From Auanema rhodensis (lineage: Eukaryota; Animalia; Nematoda): DNA of 64,000 nucleotides. A model generated the notes under the pieces. It searched no databases. It worked only from the letters and a program-made list of their open reading frames with translations, and had not been told where the DNA came from. Position 1 is the stretch's first letter, and each line of letters opens with the position of its first letter. The stretch spans positions 20,646,001-20,710,000 of the forward strand of contig OZ059898.1 in assembly GCA_964057225.1 (NCBI GenBank). The letters run 5' to 3'. The translations under genes and the position numbers were made by a program. Below, piece after piece: positions 47,301 to 62,300 of this stretch.

Positions 47301-50300
47301 GTACACGTGATGTGCACTTGGTATGTAACTCGCTTCACGTGAAAGATAAAGAGATGCGGTTTTCAAAATTAGATTCCCCATTACCATATTAGTCTAAAAA
47401 CAAATTTTTATTGATATTGATTCATGGTAACCATGACTTTGAAATTTACGTGAACTTTAATTTATGCTAATTAAATGTACACGTGATGTGCACTTGGTAT
47501 GTAACTCGCTTCACGTGAAAGATAAAGAGATGCGGTTTCCAAAATTAGATTCCCCATGTCCATATTAGTCTAAAAACAAATTTTTATTGATATTGGTTCA
47601 TGGTAACCATGACTTTGAAATTTACGTGAACTTTAATTTATGCTAATTAAATGTACACGTGATGTGCACTTGGTATGTAACTCGCTTCACGTGAAAGATG
47701 AAGAGATGCGGTTTTCAAAATTAGATTCCCCATGTCCATATTAGTCTAAAAACAAATTTTTATTGATATTGGTGCATGGTAACCATGACTTTGAAATTTA
47801 CGTGAACTTTAATTTATGCTAATTAAATGTACACGTGATGTGCACTTGGTATGTAACTCGCTTCACGTGAAAGATAAAGAGATGCGGTTTTCAAAATTAG
47901 ATTCCCCATGTCCATATTAGTCTAAAAACAAATTTTTATTGATATTGGTTCATGGTAACCATGACTTTGAAATTTACGTGAACTTTAATTTATGCTAATT
48001 AAATGTACACGTGATGTGCACTTGGTATGTAACTCGCTTCACGTGAAAGATAAAGAGATGCGGTTTTCGAAATTAGATTCCCCATGTCCATATTAGTCTA
48101 AAAACAAATTTTTATTGATATTGGTTCATGGTAACCATGACTTTGAAATTTACGTGAACTTTAATTTATGCTAATTAAATGTACACGTGATGTGCACTTG
48201 GTATGTAACTCGCTTCACGTGAAAGATAAAGAGATGCGGTTTTCGAAATTAGATTCCCCATGTCCATATTAGTTTAAAAACAAATTTTTATTGATATTGG
48301 TTCATGGTAACCATGACTTTGAAATTTACGTGAACTTTAATTTATGCTAATTAAATGTACACGTGATGTGCACTTGGTATGTAACTCGCTTCACGTGAAA
48401 GATAAAGAGATGCGGTTTTCGAAATTAGATTCCCCATGTCCATATTAGTCTAAAAACAAATTTTTATTGATATTGGTTCATGGTAACGATGACTTTGAAA
48501 TTTACGTGAACTTTAATTTATGCTAATTAAATGTACACGTGATGTGCACTTGGTATGTAACTCGCTTCACGTGAAAGATAAAGAGATGCGGTTTTCAAAA
48601 TTAGATTCCCCATGTCCATATTAGTCTAAAAACAAATTTTTATTGATATTGGTGCATGGTAACCATGACTTTGAAATTTACGTGAACTTTAATTTATGCT
48701 AATTAAATGTACACGTGATGTGCACTTGGTATGTAACTCGCTTCACGTGAAAGATAAAGAGATGCGGTTTTCAAAATTAGATTCCCCATGTCCATATTAG
48801 TCTAAAAACAAATTTTTATTGATATTGGTTCATGGTAACCATGACTTTGAAATTTACGTGAACTTTAATTTATGCTAATTAAATGTACACGTGATGTGCA
48901 CTTGGTATGTAACTCGCTTCACGTGAAAGATAAAGAGATGCGGTTTTTAAAATTAGATTCCCCATGTCCATATTAGTCTAAAAACAAATTTTTATTGATA
49001 TTGGTTCATGGTAACCATGACTTTGAAATTTAAGTGAACTTTAATTTATGCTAATTAAATGTACACGTGATGTGCACTTGGTATGTAACTCGCTTCACAT
49101 GAAAGATAAAGAGATGCGGTTTTTAAAATTAGATTCCCCATGTTCATATTAGTCTAAAAACAAATTTTCATTGATATTGGTTCATGGTAACCATGACTTT
49201 GAAATTCACGTGAACTTTAATTTATGCTAATTAAATGTACACGTGATGTGCACTTGGTATGTAACTCGCTTCACGTGAAAGATAAAGAGATGCGGTTTTC
49301 AAAATTAGATTCCCCATGTCCATATTAGTCTAAAAACAAATTTTTATTGATATTGGTGCATGGTAACCATGACTTTGAAATTCACGTGAACTTTAATTTA
49401 TGCTAATTAAATGTACACGTGATGTGCACTTGGTATGTAACTCGCTTCACGTGAAAGATAAAGAGATGCGGTTTTTAAAATTAGATTCCCCATGTCCATA
49501 TTAGTCTAAAAACAAATTTTTATTGATATTGGTGGATGGTAACCCTGACTTTGAAATTCACGTGAACTTTAATTTATGCTAATTAAATGTACACGTGATG
49601 TGCACTTGGTATGTAACTCGCTTCACGTGAAAGATAAAGAGATGCGGTTTTCAAAATTAGATTCCCCATGTCCATATTAGTCTAAAAACAAATTTTTATT
49701 GATATTGGTTCATGGTAACCATGACTTTGAAATTTACGTGAACTTTAATTTATGCTAATTAAATGTACACGTGATGTGCACTTGGTATGTAACTCGCTTC
49801 ACGTGAAAGATGCGGTTTTCAAAATTAGATTCTTCATGTCCATATTAGTCTAAAAACAAATTTTTATTGATATTGGTTCATGGTAACCATGACTTTGAAA
49901 TTTACGTGAACTTTAATTTATGCTAATTAAATGTACACGTGATGTGCACTTGGTATGTAACTCGCTTCACATGAAAGATAAAGAGATGCGGTTTTCAAAA
50001 TTAGATTCCCCATGTTCATATTAGTCTAAAAACAAATTTTCATTGATATTGGTTCATGGTAACCATGACTTTGAAATTCACGTGAACTTTAATTTATGCT
50101 AATTAAATGTACACGTGATGTGCACTTGGTATGTAACTCGCTTCACGTGAAAGATAAAGAGATGCGGTTTTCAAAATTAGATTCCCCATGTCCATATTAG
50201 TCTAAAAACAAATTTTTATTGATATTGGTGCATGGTAACCATGACTTTGAAATTTACGTGAACTTTAATTTATGCTAATTAAATGTACACGTGATGTGCA

Positions 50301-53300
50301 CTTGGTATGTAACTCGCTTCACGTGAAAGATAAAGAGATGCGGTTTTCAAAATTAGATTTCCCATGTCCATATTATTCTAAAAACAAATTTTTATTGATA
50401 TTGGTTCATGGTAACCATGACTTTGAAATTTACGTGAACTTTAATTTATGCTAATTAAATGTACACGTGATGTGCACTTGGTATGTAACTCGCTTCACGT
50501 GAAAGATGCGGTTTTCAAAATTAGATTCTTCATGTCCATATTAGTCTAAAAACAAATTTTTATTGATATTGGTTCATGGTAACCATGACTTTGAAATTTA
50601 CGTGAACTTTAATTTATGCTAATTAAATGTACACGTGATGTGCACTTGGTATGTAACTCGCTTCACATGAAAGATAAAGAGATGCGGTTTTCAAAATTAG
50701 ATTCCCCATGTTCATATTAGTCTAAAAACAAATTTTCATTGATATTGGTTCATGGTAACCATGACTTTGAAATTCACGTGAACTTTAATTTATGCTAATT
50801 AAATGTACACGTGATGTGCACTTGGTATGTAACTCGCTTCACGTGAAAGATAAAGAGATGCGGTTTTCAAAATTAGATTCCCCATGTCCATATTAGTCTA
50901 AAAACAAATTTTTATTGATATTGGTGCATGGTAACCATGACTTTGAAATTTACGTGAACTTTAATTTATGCTAATTAAATGTACACGTGATGTGCACTTG
51001 GTATGTAACTCGCTTCACGTGAAAGATAAAGAGATGCGGTTTTCAAAATTAGATTCCACATGTCCATATTAGTCTAAAAACAAATTTTTATTGATATTGG
51101 TTCATGGTAACCATGACTTTGAAATTTACGTGAACTTTAATTTATGCTAATTAAATGTACACGTGATGTGCACTTGGTATGTAACTCGCTTCACGTGAAA
51201 GATAAAGAGATGCGGTTTTCAAAATTAGATTTCCCATGTCCATATTATTCTAAAAACAAATTTTTATTGATATTGGTTCATGGTAACCATGACTTTGAAA
51301 TTTACGTGAACTTTAATTTATGCTAATTAAATGTACACGTGATGTGCATTTGGTATGTAACTCGCTTCACGTGAAAGATACGGTTTTCAAAATTAGATTC
51401 TTCATGTCCATATTAGTCTAAAAACAAATTTTTATTGATATTGGTTCATGGTAACCATGACTTTGAAATTTACGTGAACTTTAATTTATGCTAATTAAAT
51501 GTACACGTGATGTGCACTTGGTATGTAACTCGCTTCACGTGAAAGATAAAGAGATGCGGTTTTTAAAATTAGATTCCCCATGTCCATATTAGTCTAAAAA
51601 CAAATTTTTATTGATATTGGTTCATGGTAACCATGACTTTGAAATTTACGTGAACTTTAATTTATGCTAATTAAATGTACACGTGATGTGCACTTGGTAT
51701 GTAACTCGCTTCACATGAAAGATAAAGAGATGCGGTTTTCAAAATTAGATTCCCCATGTTCATATTTAGTCTAAAAACAAATTTTCATTGATATTGGTTC
51801 ATGGTAACCATGACTTTGAAATTCACGTGAACTTTAATTTATGCTAATTAAATGTACACGTGATGTGCACTTGGTATGTAACTCGCTTCACGTGAAAGAT
51901 AAAGAGATGCGGTTTTCAAAATTAGATTCCCCATGTCCATATTAGTCTAAAAACAAATTTTTATTGATATTGGTGCATGGTAACCATGACTTTGAAATTT
52001 ACGTGAACTTTAATTTATGCTAATTAAATGTACACGTGATGTGCACTTGGTATGTAACTCGCTTCACTTGAAAGATAAAGAGATGCGGTTTTCAAAATTA
52101 GATTCCCCATGTCCATATTAGTCTAAAAACAAATTTTTATTGATATTGGTTCATGGTAACCATGACTTTGAAATTTACGTGAACTTTAATTTATGCTAAT
52201 TAAATGTACACGTGATGTGCACTTGGTATGTAACTCGCTTCACGTGAAAGATAAAGAGATGCGGTTTTTAAAATTAGATTCCCCATGTCCATATTAGTCT
52301 AAAAACAAATTTTTATTGATATTGGTGCATGGTAACCATGACTTTGAAATTCACGTGAACTTTAATTTATGCTAATTAAATGTACACGTGATGTGCACTT
52401 GGTATGTAACTCGCTTCACGTGAAAGATAAAGAGATGCGGTTTTCAAAATTAGATTCCCCATGTCCATATTAGTCTAAAAACAAATTTTTATTGATATTG
52501 GTGCATGGTAACCATGACTTTGAAATTTACGTGAACTTTAATTTATGCTAATTAAATGTACACGTGATGTGCACTTGGTATGTAACTCGCTTCACGTGAA
52601 AGATAAAGAGATGCGGTTTTCAAAATTAGATTCCCCATGTCCATATTAGTCTAAAAACAAATTTTTATTGATATTGGTTCATGGTAACCATGACTTTGAA
52701 ATTTACGTGAACTTTAATTTATGCTAATTAAATGTACACGTGATGTGCACTTGGTATGTAACTCGCTTCACGTGAAAGATAAAGAGATGCGGTTTTCGAA
52801 ATTAGATTCCCCATGTCCATATTAGTCTAAAAACAAATTTTTATTGATATTGGTTCATGGTAACCATGACTTTGAAATTTACGTGAACTTTAATTTATGC
52901 TAATTAAATGTACACGTGATGTGCATTTGGTATGTAACTCGCTTCACGTAAAAGATAAAGAGATGCGGTTTCCGAAATTAGATTCCCCATGTCCATATTA
53001 GTCTAAAAACAAATTTTTATTGATATTGGTTCATGGTAACCATGACTTTGAAATTTACGTGAACTTTAATTTATGCTAATTAAATGTACACGTGATGTGC
53101 ACTTGGTATGTAACTCGCTTCACGTGAAAGATAAAGAGATGCGGTTTTCAAAATTAGATTTCCCATGTCCATATTAGTCTAAAAACAAATTTTTATTGAT
53201 ATTGGTTCATGGTAACCATGACTTTGAAATTTACGTGAACTTTAATTTATGCTAATTAAATGTACACGTGATGTGCACTTGGTATGTAACTCGCTTCACG

Positions 53301-56300
53301 TGAAAGATAAAGAGATGCGGTTTTCGAAATTAGATTCCCCATGTCCATATTAGTCTAAAAACAAATTTTTATTGATATTGGTGCATGGTAACCATGACTT
53401 TGAAATTTACGTGAACTTTAATTTATGCTAATTAAATGTACACGTGATGTGCACTTGGTATGTAACTCGCTTCACGTGAAAGATAAAGAGATGCGGTTTT
53501 CAAAATTAGATTCCCCATGTCCATATTAGTCTAAAAACAAATTTTTATTGATATTGGTTCATGGTAACCATGACTTTGAAATTTACGTGAACTTTAATTT
53601 ATGCTAATTAAATGTACACGTGATGTGCACTTGGTATGTAACTCGCTTCACGTGAAAGATAAAGAGATGCGGTTTTCAAAATTAGATTCCCCATGTCCAT
53701 ATTAGTCTAAAAACAAATTTTTATTGATATTGGTTCATGGTAACCATGACTTTGAAATTTACGTGAACTTTAATTTATGCTAATTAAATGTACACGTGAT
53801 GTGCACTTGGTATGTAACTCGCTTCACGTGAAAGATAAAGAGATGCGGTTTTCAAAATTAGATTCCCCATGTCCATATTATTCTAAAAACAAATTTTTAT
53901 TGATATTGGTTCATGGTAACCATGACTTTGAAATTTACGTGAACTTTAATTTATGCTAATTAAATGTATACGTGATGTGCATTTGGTATGTAACTCGCTT
54001 CACGTGAAAGATGCGGTTTTCAAAATTAGATTCTTCATGTCCATATTAGTCTAAAAACAAATTTTTATTGATATTGGTTCATGGTAACCATGACTTTGAA
54101 ATTTACGTGAACTTTAATTTATGCTAATTAAATGTACACGTGATGTGCACTTGGTATGTAACTCGCTTCACGTGAAAGATAAAGAGATGCGGTTTTTAAA
54201 ATTAGATTCCCCATGTCCATATTAGTCTAAAAACAAATTTTTATTGATATTGGTTCATGGTAACCATGACTTTGAAATTTACGTGAACTTTAATTTATGC
54301 TAATTAAATGTACACGTGATGTGCACTTGGTATGTAACTCGCTTCACGTGAAAGATAAAGAGATGCGGTTTTCAAAATTAGATTCCCCATGTTCATATTA
54401 GTCTAAAAACAAATTTTCATTGATATTGGTTCATGGTAACCATGACTTTGAAATTTACGTGAACTTTAATTTATGCTAATTAAATGTACACGTGATGTGC
54501 ATTTGGTATGTAACTCGCTTCACGTGAAAGATGCGGTTTTCAAAATTAGATTCTTCATGTCCATATTAGTCAAAACAAATTTTTATTGATATTGGTTCAT
54601 GGTAACCATGACTTTGAAATTTACGTGAACTTTAATTTATGCTAATTAAATGTACACGTGATGTGCACTTGGTATGTAACTCGCTTCACGTGAAAGATAA
54701 AGAGATGCGGTTTTTAAAATTAGATTCCCCATGTCCATATTAGTCTAAAAACAAATTTTTATTGATATTGGTTCATGGTAACCATGACTTTGAAATTTAC
54801 GTGAACTTTAATTTATGCTAATTAAATGTACACGTGATGTGCACTTGGTATGTAACTCGCTTCACATGAAAGATAAAGAGATGCGGTTTTCAAAATTAGA
54901 TTCCCCATGTTCATATTAGTCTAAAAACAAATTTTCATTGATATTGGTTCATGGTAACCATGACTTTGAAATTCACGTGAACTTTAATTTATGCTAATTA
55001 AATGTACACGTGATGTGCACTTGGTATGTAACTCGCTTCACGTGAAAGATAAAGAGATGCGGTTTTCAAAATTAGATTCCCCATGTCCATATTAGTCGAA
55101 AAACAAATTTTTATTGATATTGGTGCATGGTAACCATGACTTTGAAATTTACGTGAACTTTAATTTATGCTAATTAAATGTACACGTGATGTGCACTTGG
55201 TATGTAACTCGCTTCACTTGAAAGATAAAGAGATGCGGTTTTCAAAATTAGATTCCCCATGTCCATATTAGTCTAAAAACAAATTTTTATTGATATTGGT
55301 TCATGGTAACCATGACTTTGAAATTTACGTGAACTTTAATTTATGCTAATTAAATGTACACGTGATGTGCACTTGGTATGTAACTCGCTTCACGTGAAAG
55401 ATAAAGAGATGCGGTTTTTAAAATTAGATTCCCCATGTCCATATTAGTCTAAAAACAAATTTTTATTGATATTGGTGCATGGTAACCATGACTTTGAAAT
55501 TCACGTGAACTTTAATTTATGCTAATTAAATGTACACGTGATGTGCACTTGGTATGTAACTCGCTTCACGTGAAAGATAAAGAGATGCGGTTTTCAAAAT
55601 TAGATTCCCCATGTCCATATTAGTCTAAAAACAAATTTTTATTGATATTGGTGCATGGTAACCATGACTTTGAAATTTACGTGAACTTTAATTTATGCTA
55701 ATTAAATGTACACGTGATGTGCACTTGGTATGTAACTCGCTTCACGTGAAAGATAAAGAGATGCGGTTTTCAAAATTAGATTCCCCATGTCCATATTAGT
55801 CTAAAAACAAATTTTTATTGATATTGGTTCATGGTAACCATGACTTTGAAATTTACGTGAACTTTAATTTATGCTAATTAAATGTACACGTGATGTGCAC
55901 TTGGTATGTAACTCGCTTCACGTGAAAGATAAAGAGATGCGGTTTTCGAAATTAGATTCCCCATGTCCATATTAGTCTAAAAACAAATTTTTATTGATAT
56001 TGGTTCATGGTAACCATGACTTTGAAATTTACGTGAACTTTAATTTATGCTAATTAAATGTACATGTGATGTGCATTTGGTATGTAACTCGCTTCACGTA
56101 AAAGATAAAGAGATGCGGTTTCCGAAATTAGATTCCCCATGTCCATATTAGTCTAAAAACAAATTTTTATTGATATTGGTTCATGGTAACAATGACTTTG
56201 AAATTTACGTGAACTTTAATTTATGCTAATTAAATGTACACGTGATGTGCACTTGGTATGTAACTCGCTTCACGTGAAAGATAAAGAGATGCGGTTTTCA

Positions 56301-59300
56301 AAATTAGATTTCCCATGTCCATATTAGTCTAAAAACAAATTTTTATTGATATTGGTTCATGGTAACCATGACTTTGAAATTTACGTGAACTTTAATTTAT
56401 GCTAATTAAATGTACACGTGATGTGCATTTGGTATGTAACTCGCTTCACGTAAAAGATAAAGAGATGCGGTTTCCGAAATTAGATTCCCCATGTCCATAT
56501 TAGTCTAAAAACAAATTTTTATTGATATTGGTTCATGGTAACCATGACTTTGAATTTTACGTGAACTTTAATTTATGCTAATTAAATGTACACGTGATGT
56601 GCACTTGGTATGTAACTCGCTTCACGTGAAAGATAAAGAGATGCGGTTTTCAAAATTAGATTTCCCATGTCCATATTAGTCTAAAAACAAATTTTTATTG
56701 ATATTGGTTCATGGTAACCATGACTTTGAAATTTACGTGAACTTTAATTTATGCTAATTAAATGTACACGTGATGTGCACTTGGTATGTAACTCGCTTCA
56801 CGTGAAAGATAAAGAGATGCGGTTTTCGAAATTAGATTCCCCATGTCCATATTAGTCTAAAAACAAATTTTTATTGATATTGGTGCATGGTAACCATGAC
56901 TTTGAAATTTACGTGAACTTTAATTTATGCTAATTAAATGTACACGTGATGTGCACTTGGTATGTGACTCGCTTCACGTGAAAGATAAAGAGATGCGGTT
57001 TTCAAAATTAGATTCCCCATGTCCATATTAGTCTAAAAACAAATTTTTATTGATATTGGTTCATGGTAACCATGACTTTGAAATTTACGTGAACTTTAAT
57101 TTATGCTAATTAAATGTACACGTGATGTGCACTTGGTATGTAACTCGCTTCACGTGAAAGATGAAGAGATGCGGTTTTCAAAATTAGATTCTTCATGTCC
57201 ATATTAGTCTAAAAAGAAATTTTTATTGATATTGGTTCATGGTAACCATGACTTTGAAATTTACGTGAACTTTAATTTATGCTAATTAAATGTACACGTG
57301 ATGTGCACTTGGTATGTAACTCGCTTCACGTGAAAGATAAAGAGATGCGGTTTTTAAAATTAGATTCCCCATGTCCATATTAGTCTAAAAACAAATTTTT
57401 ATTGATATTGGTTCATGGTAACCATGACTTTGAAATTTACGTGAACTTTAATTTATGCTAATTAAATGTACACGTGATGTGCACTTGGTATGTAACTCGC
57501 TTCACGTGAAAGATAAAGAGATGCGGTTTTTAAAATTAGATTCCCCATGTCCATATTAGTCTAAAAACAAATTTTTATTGATATTGGTTCATGGTAACCA
57601 TGACTTTGAAATTTACGTGAACTTTAATTTATGCTAATTAAATGTACACGTGATGTGCACTTGGTATGTAACTCGCTTCACGTGAAAGATAAAGAGATGC
57701 GGTTTTCAAAATTAGATTCCCCATGTCCATATTAGTCTAAAAACAAATTTTTATTGATATTGGTTCATGGTAACCATGACTTTGAAATTTACGTGAACTT
57801 TAATTTATGCTAATTAAATGTACACGTGATGTGCACTTGGTATGTAACTCGCTTCAAGTGAAAGATAAAGAGATGCGGTTTTCAAAATTAGATTCCCCAT
57901 GTCCATATTAGTCTAAAAACAAATTTTTATTGATATTGGTGCATGGTAACCATGACTTTGAAATTTACGTGAACTTTAATTTATGCTAATTAAATGTACA
58001 CGTGATGTGCACTTGGTATGTAACTCGCTTCACGTGAAAGATAAAGAGATGCGGTTTTCAAAATTAGATTCCCCATGTCCATATTAGTCTAAAAACAAAT
58101 TTTTATTGATATTGGTTCATGGTAACCATGACTTTGAAATTTACGTGAACTTTAATTTATGCTAATTAAATGTACACGTGATGTGCACTTGGTATGTAAC
58201 TCGCTTCACGTGAAAGATAAAGAGATGCGGTTTTCGAAATTAGATTCCCCATGTCCATATTAGTCTAAAAACAAATTTTTATTGATATTGGTTCATGGTA
58301 ACCATGACTTTGAAATTTACGTGAACTTTAATTTATGCTAATTAAATGTACACGTGATGTGCACTTGGTATGTAACTCGCTTCACGTGAAAGATAAAGAG
58401 ATGCGGTTTTCGAAATTAGATTCCCCATGTCCATATTAGTCTAAAAACAAATTTTTATTGATATTGGTTCATGGTAACCATGACTTTGAAATTTACGTGA
58501 ACTTTAATTTATGCTAATTAAATGTACACGTGATGTGCACTTGGTATGTAACTCGCTTCACGTGAAAGATGAAGAGATGCGGTTTTCAAAATTAGATTCC
58601 CCATGTCCATATCAGTCTAAAAACAAATTTTTATTGATATTGGTTCATGGTAACCATGACTTTGAAATTTACGTGAACTTTAATTTATGCTAATTAAATG
58701 TACACGTGATGTGCACTTGGTATGTAACTCGCTTCAAGTGAAAGATAAAGAGATGCGGTTTTCAAAATTAGATTCCCCATGTCCATATTAGTCTAAAAAC
58801 AAATTTTTATTGATATTGGTGCATGGTAACCATGACTTTGAAATTTACGTGAACTTTAATTTATGCTAATTAAATGTACACGTGATGTGCACTTGGTATG
58901 TAACTCGCTTCACGTGAAAGATAAAGAGATGCGGTTTTCAAAATTAGATTCCCCATGTCCATATTAGTCTAAAAACAAATTTTTATTGATATTGGTTCAT
59001 GGTAACCATGACTTTGAAATTTACGTGAACTTTAATTTATGCTAATTAAATGTACACGTGATGTGCACTTGGTATGTAACTCGCTTCACGTGAAAGATAA
59101 AGAGATGCGGTTTTCGAAATTAGATTCCCCATGTCCATATTAGTCTAAAAACAAATTTTTATTGATATTGGTTCATGGTAACCATGACTTTGAAATTTAC
59201 GTGAACTTTAATTTATGCTAATTAAATGTACACGTGATGTGCACTTGGTATGTAACTCGCTTCACGTGAAAGATAAAGAGATGCGGTTTTCGAAATTAGA

Positions 59301-62300
59301 TTCCCCATGTCGATATTAGTCTAAAAACAAATTTTTATTGATATTGGTTCATGGTAACCATGACTTTGAAATTTACGTGAACTTTAATTTATGCTAATTA
59401 AATGTACACGTGATGTGCACTTGGTATGTAACTCGCTTCACGTGAAAGATGAAGAGATGCGGTTTTCAAAATTAGATTCCCCATGTCCATATCAGTCTAA
59501 AAACAAATTTTTATTGATATTGGTTCATGGTAACCATGACTTTGAAATTTACGTGAACTTTAATTTATGCTAATTAAATGTACACGTGATGTGCACTTGG
59601 TATGTAACTCGCTTCACGTGAAAGATAAAGAGATGCGGTTTTCGAAATTAGATTCCCCATGTCCATATTAGTCTAAAAACAAATTTTTATATTGATATTG
59701 GTTCATGGTAACCATGACTTCGAAATTTACGTGAACTTTAATTTATGCTAATTAAATGTACACGTGATGTGCACTTGGTATGTAACTCGCTTCACGTGAA
59801 AGATAAAGAGATGCGGTTTTCAAAATTAGATTCCCCATGTCCATTTCAGTCTAAAAACAAATTTTTATTGATATTGGTTCATGGTAACCATGACTTTGAA
59901 ATTTACGTGAACTTTAATTTATGCTAATTAAATGTACACGTGATGTGCACTTGGTATGTAACTCGCTTCACGTGAAAGATAAAGAGATGCGGTTTTCAAA
60001 ATTAGATTCTTCATGTCCATATTAGTCTAAAAACAAATTTTTATTGATATTGGTTCATGGTAACCATGACTTTGAAATTTACGTGAACTTTAATTTATGC
60101 TAATTAAATGTACACGTGATGTGCACTTGGTATGTAACTCGCTTCACGTGAAAGATAAAGAGATGCGGTTTTCGAAATTAGATTCCCCATGTCCATATTA
60201 GTCTAAAAACAAATTTTTATTGATATTGGTTCATGGTAACCATGACTTTGAAATTTACGTGAACTTTAATTTATGCTAATTAAATGTACACGTGATGTGC
60301 ACTTGGTATGTAACTCGCTTCACGTGAAAGATAAAGAGATGCGGTTTTCAAAATTAGATTCCCCATGTCCATATTAGTCTAAAAACAAATTTTTATTGAT
60401 ATTGGTTCATGGTAACCATGACTTTAAAATTTACGTGAACTTTAATTTATGCTAATTAAATGTACACGTGATGTGCACTTGGTATGTAACTCGCTTCAAG
60501 TGAAAGATAAAGAGATGCGGTTTTCAAAATTAGATTCCCCATGTCCATATTAGTCTAAAAACAAATTTTTATTGATATTGGTGCATGGTAACCATGACTT
60601 TGAAATTTACGTGAACTTTAATTTATGCTAATTAAATGTACACGTGATGTGCACTTGGTATGTAACTCGCTTCACGTGAAAGATAAAGAGATGCGGTTTT
60701 CGAAATTAGATTCCCCATGTCCATATTAGTCTAAAAACAAATTTTTATTGATATTGGTTCATGGTAACCATGACTTTGAAATTTACGTGAACTTTAATTT
60801 ATGCTAATTAAATGTACACGTGATGTGCACTTGGTATGTAACTCGCTTCACGTGAAAGATGAAGAGATGCGGTTTTCAAAATTAGATTCCCCATGTCCAT
60901 ATCAGTCTAAAAACAAATTTTTATTGATATTGGTTCATGGTAACCATGACTTTGAAATTTACGTGAACTTTAATTTATGCTAATTAAATGTACACGTGAT
61001 GTGCACTTGGTATGTAACTCGCTTCAAGTGAAAGATAAAGAGATGCGGTTTTCAAAATTAGATTCCCCATGTCCATATTAGTCTAAAAACAAATTTTTAT
61101 TGATATTGGTGCATGGTAACCATGACTTTGAAATTTACGTGAACTTTAATTTATGCTAATTAAATGTACACGTGATGTGCACTTGGTATGTAACTCGCTT
61201 CACGTGAAAGATAAAGAGATGCGGTTTTCGAAATTAGATTCCCCATGTCCATATTAGTCTAAAAACAAATTTTTATTGATATTGGTTCATGGTAACCATG
61301 ACTTTGAAATTTACGTGAACTTTAATTTATGCTAATTAAATGTACACGTGATGTGCACTTGGTATGTAACTCGCTTCACGTGAAAGATGAAGAGATGCGG
61401 TTTTCAAAATTAGATTCCCCATGTCCATATCAGTCTAAAAACAAATTTTTATTGATATTGGTTCATGGTAACCATGACTTTGAAATTTACGTGAACTTTA
61501 ATTTATGCTAATTAAATGTACACGTGATGTGCACTTGGTATGTAACTCGCTTCACGTGAAAGATAAAGAGATGCGGTTTTCAAAATTAGATTCCCCATGT
61601 CCATATTAGTCTAAAAACAAATTTTTATTGATATTGGTTCATGGTAACCATGACTTTAAAATTTACGTGAACTTTAATTTATGCTAATTAAATGTACACG
61701 TGATGTGCACTTGGTATGTAACTCGCTTCAAGTGAAAGATAAAGAGATGCGGTTTTCAAAATTAGATTCCCCATGTCCATATTAGTCTAAAAACAAATTT
61801 TTATTGATATTGGTGCATGGTAACCATGACTTTGAAATTTACGTGAACTTTAATTTATGCTAATTAAATGTACACGTGATGTGCACTTGGTATGTAACTC
61901 GCTTCACGTGAAAGATAAAGAGATGCGGTTTTCGAAATTAGATTCCCCATGTCCATATTAGTCTAAAAACAAATTTTTATTGATATTGGTTCATGGTAAC
62001 CATGACTTTGAAATTTACGTGAACTTTAATTTATGCTAATTAAATGTACACGTGATGTGCACTTGGTATGTAACTCGCTTCACGTGAAAGATGAAGAGAT
62101 GCGGTTTTCAAAATTAGATTCCCCATGTCCATATCAGTCTAAAAACAAATTTTTATTGATATTGGTTCATGGTAACCATGACTTTGAAATTTACGTGAAC
62201 TTTAATTTATGCTAATTAAATGTACACGTGATGTGCACTTGGTATGTAACTCGCTTCAAGTGAAAGATAAAGAGATGCGGTTTTCAAAATTAGATTCCCC

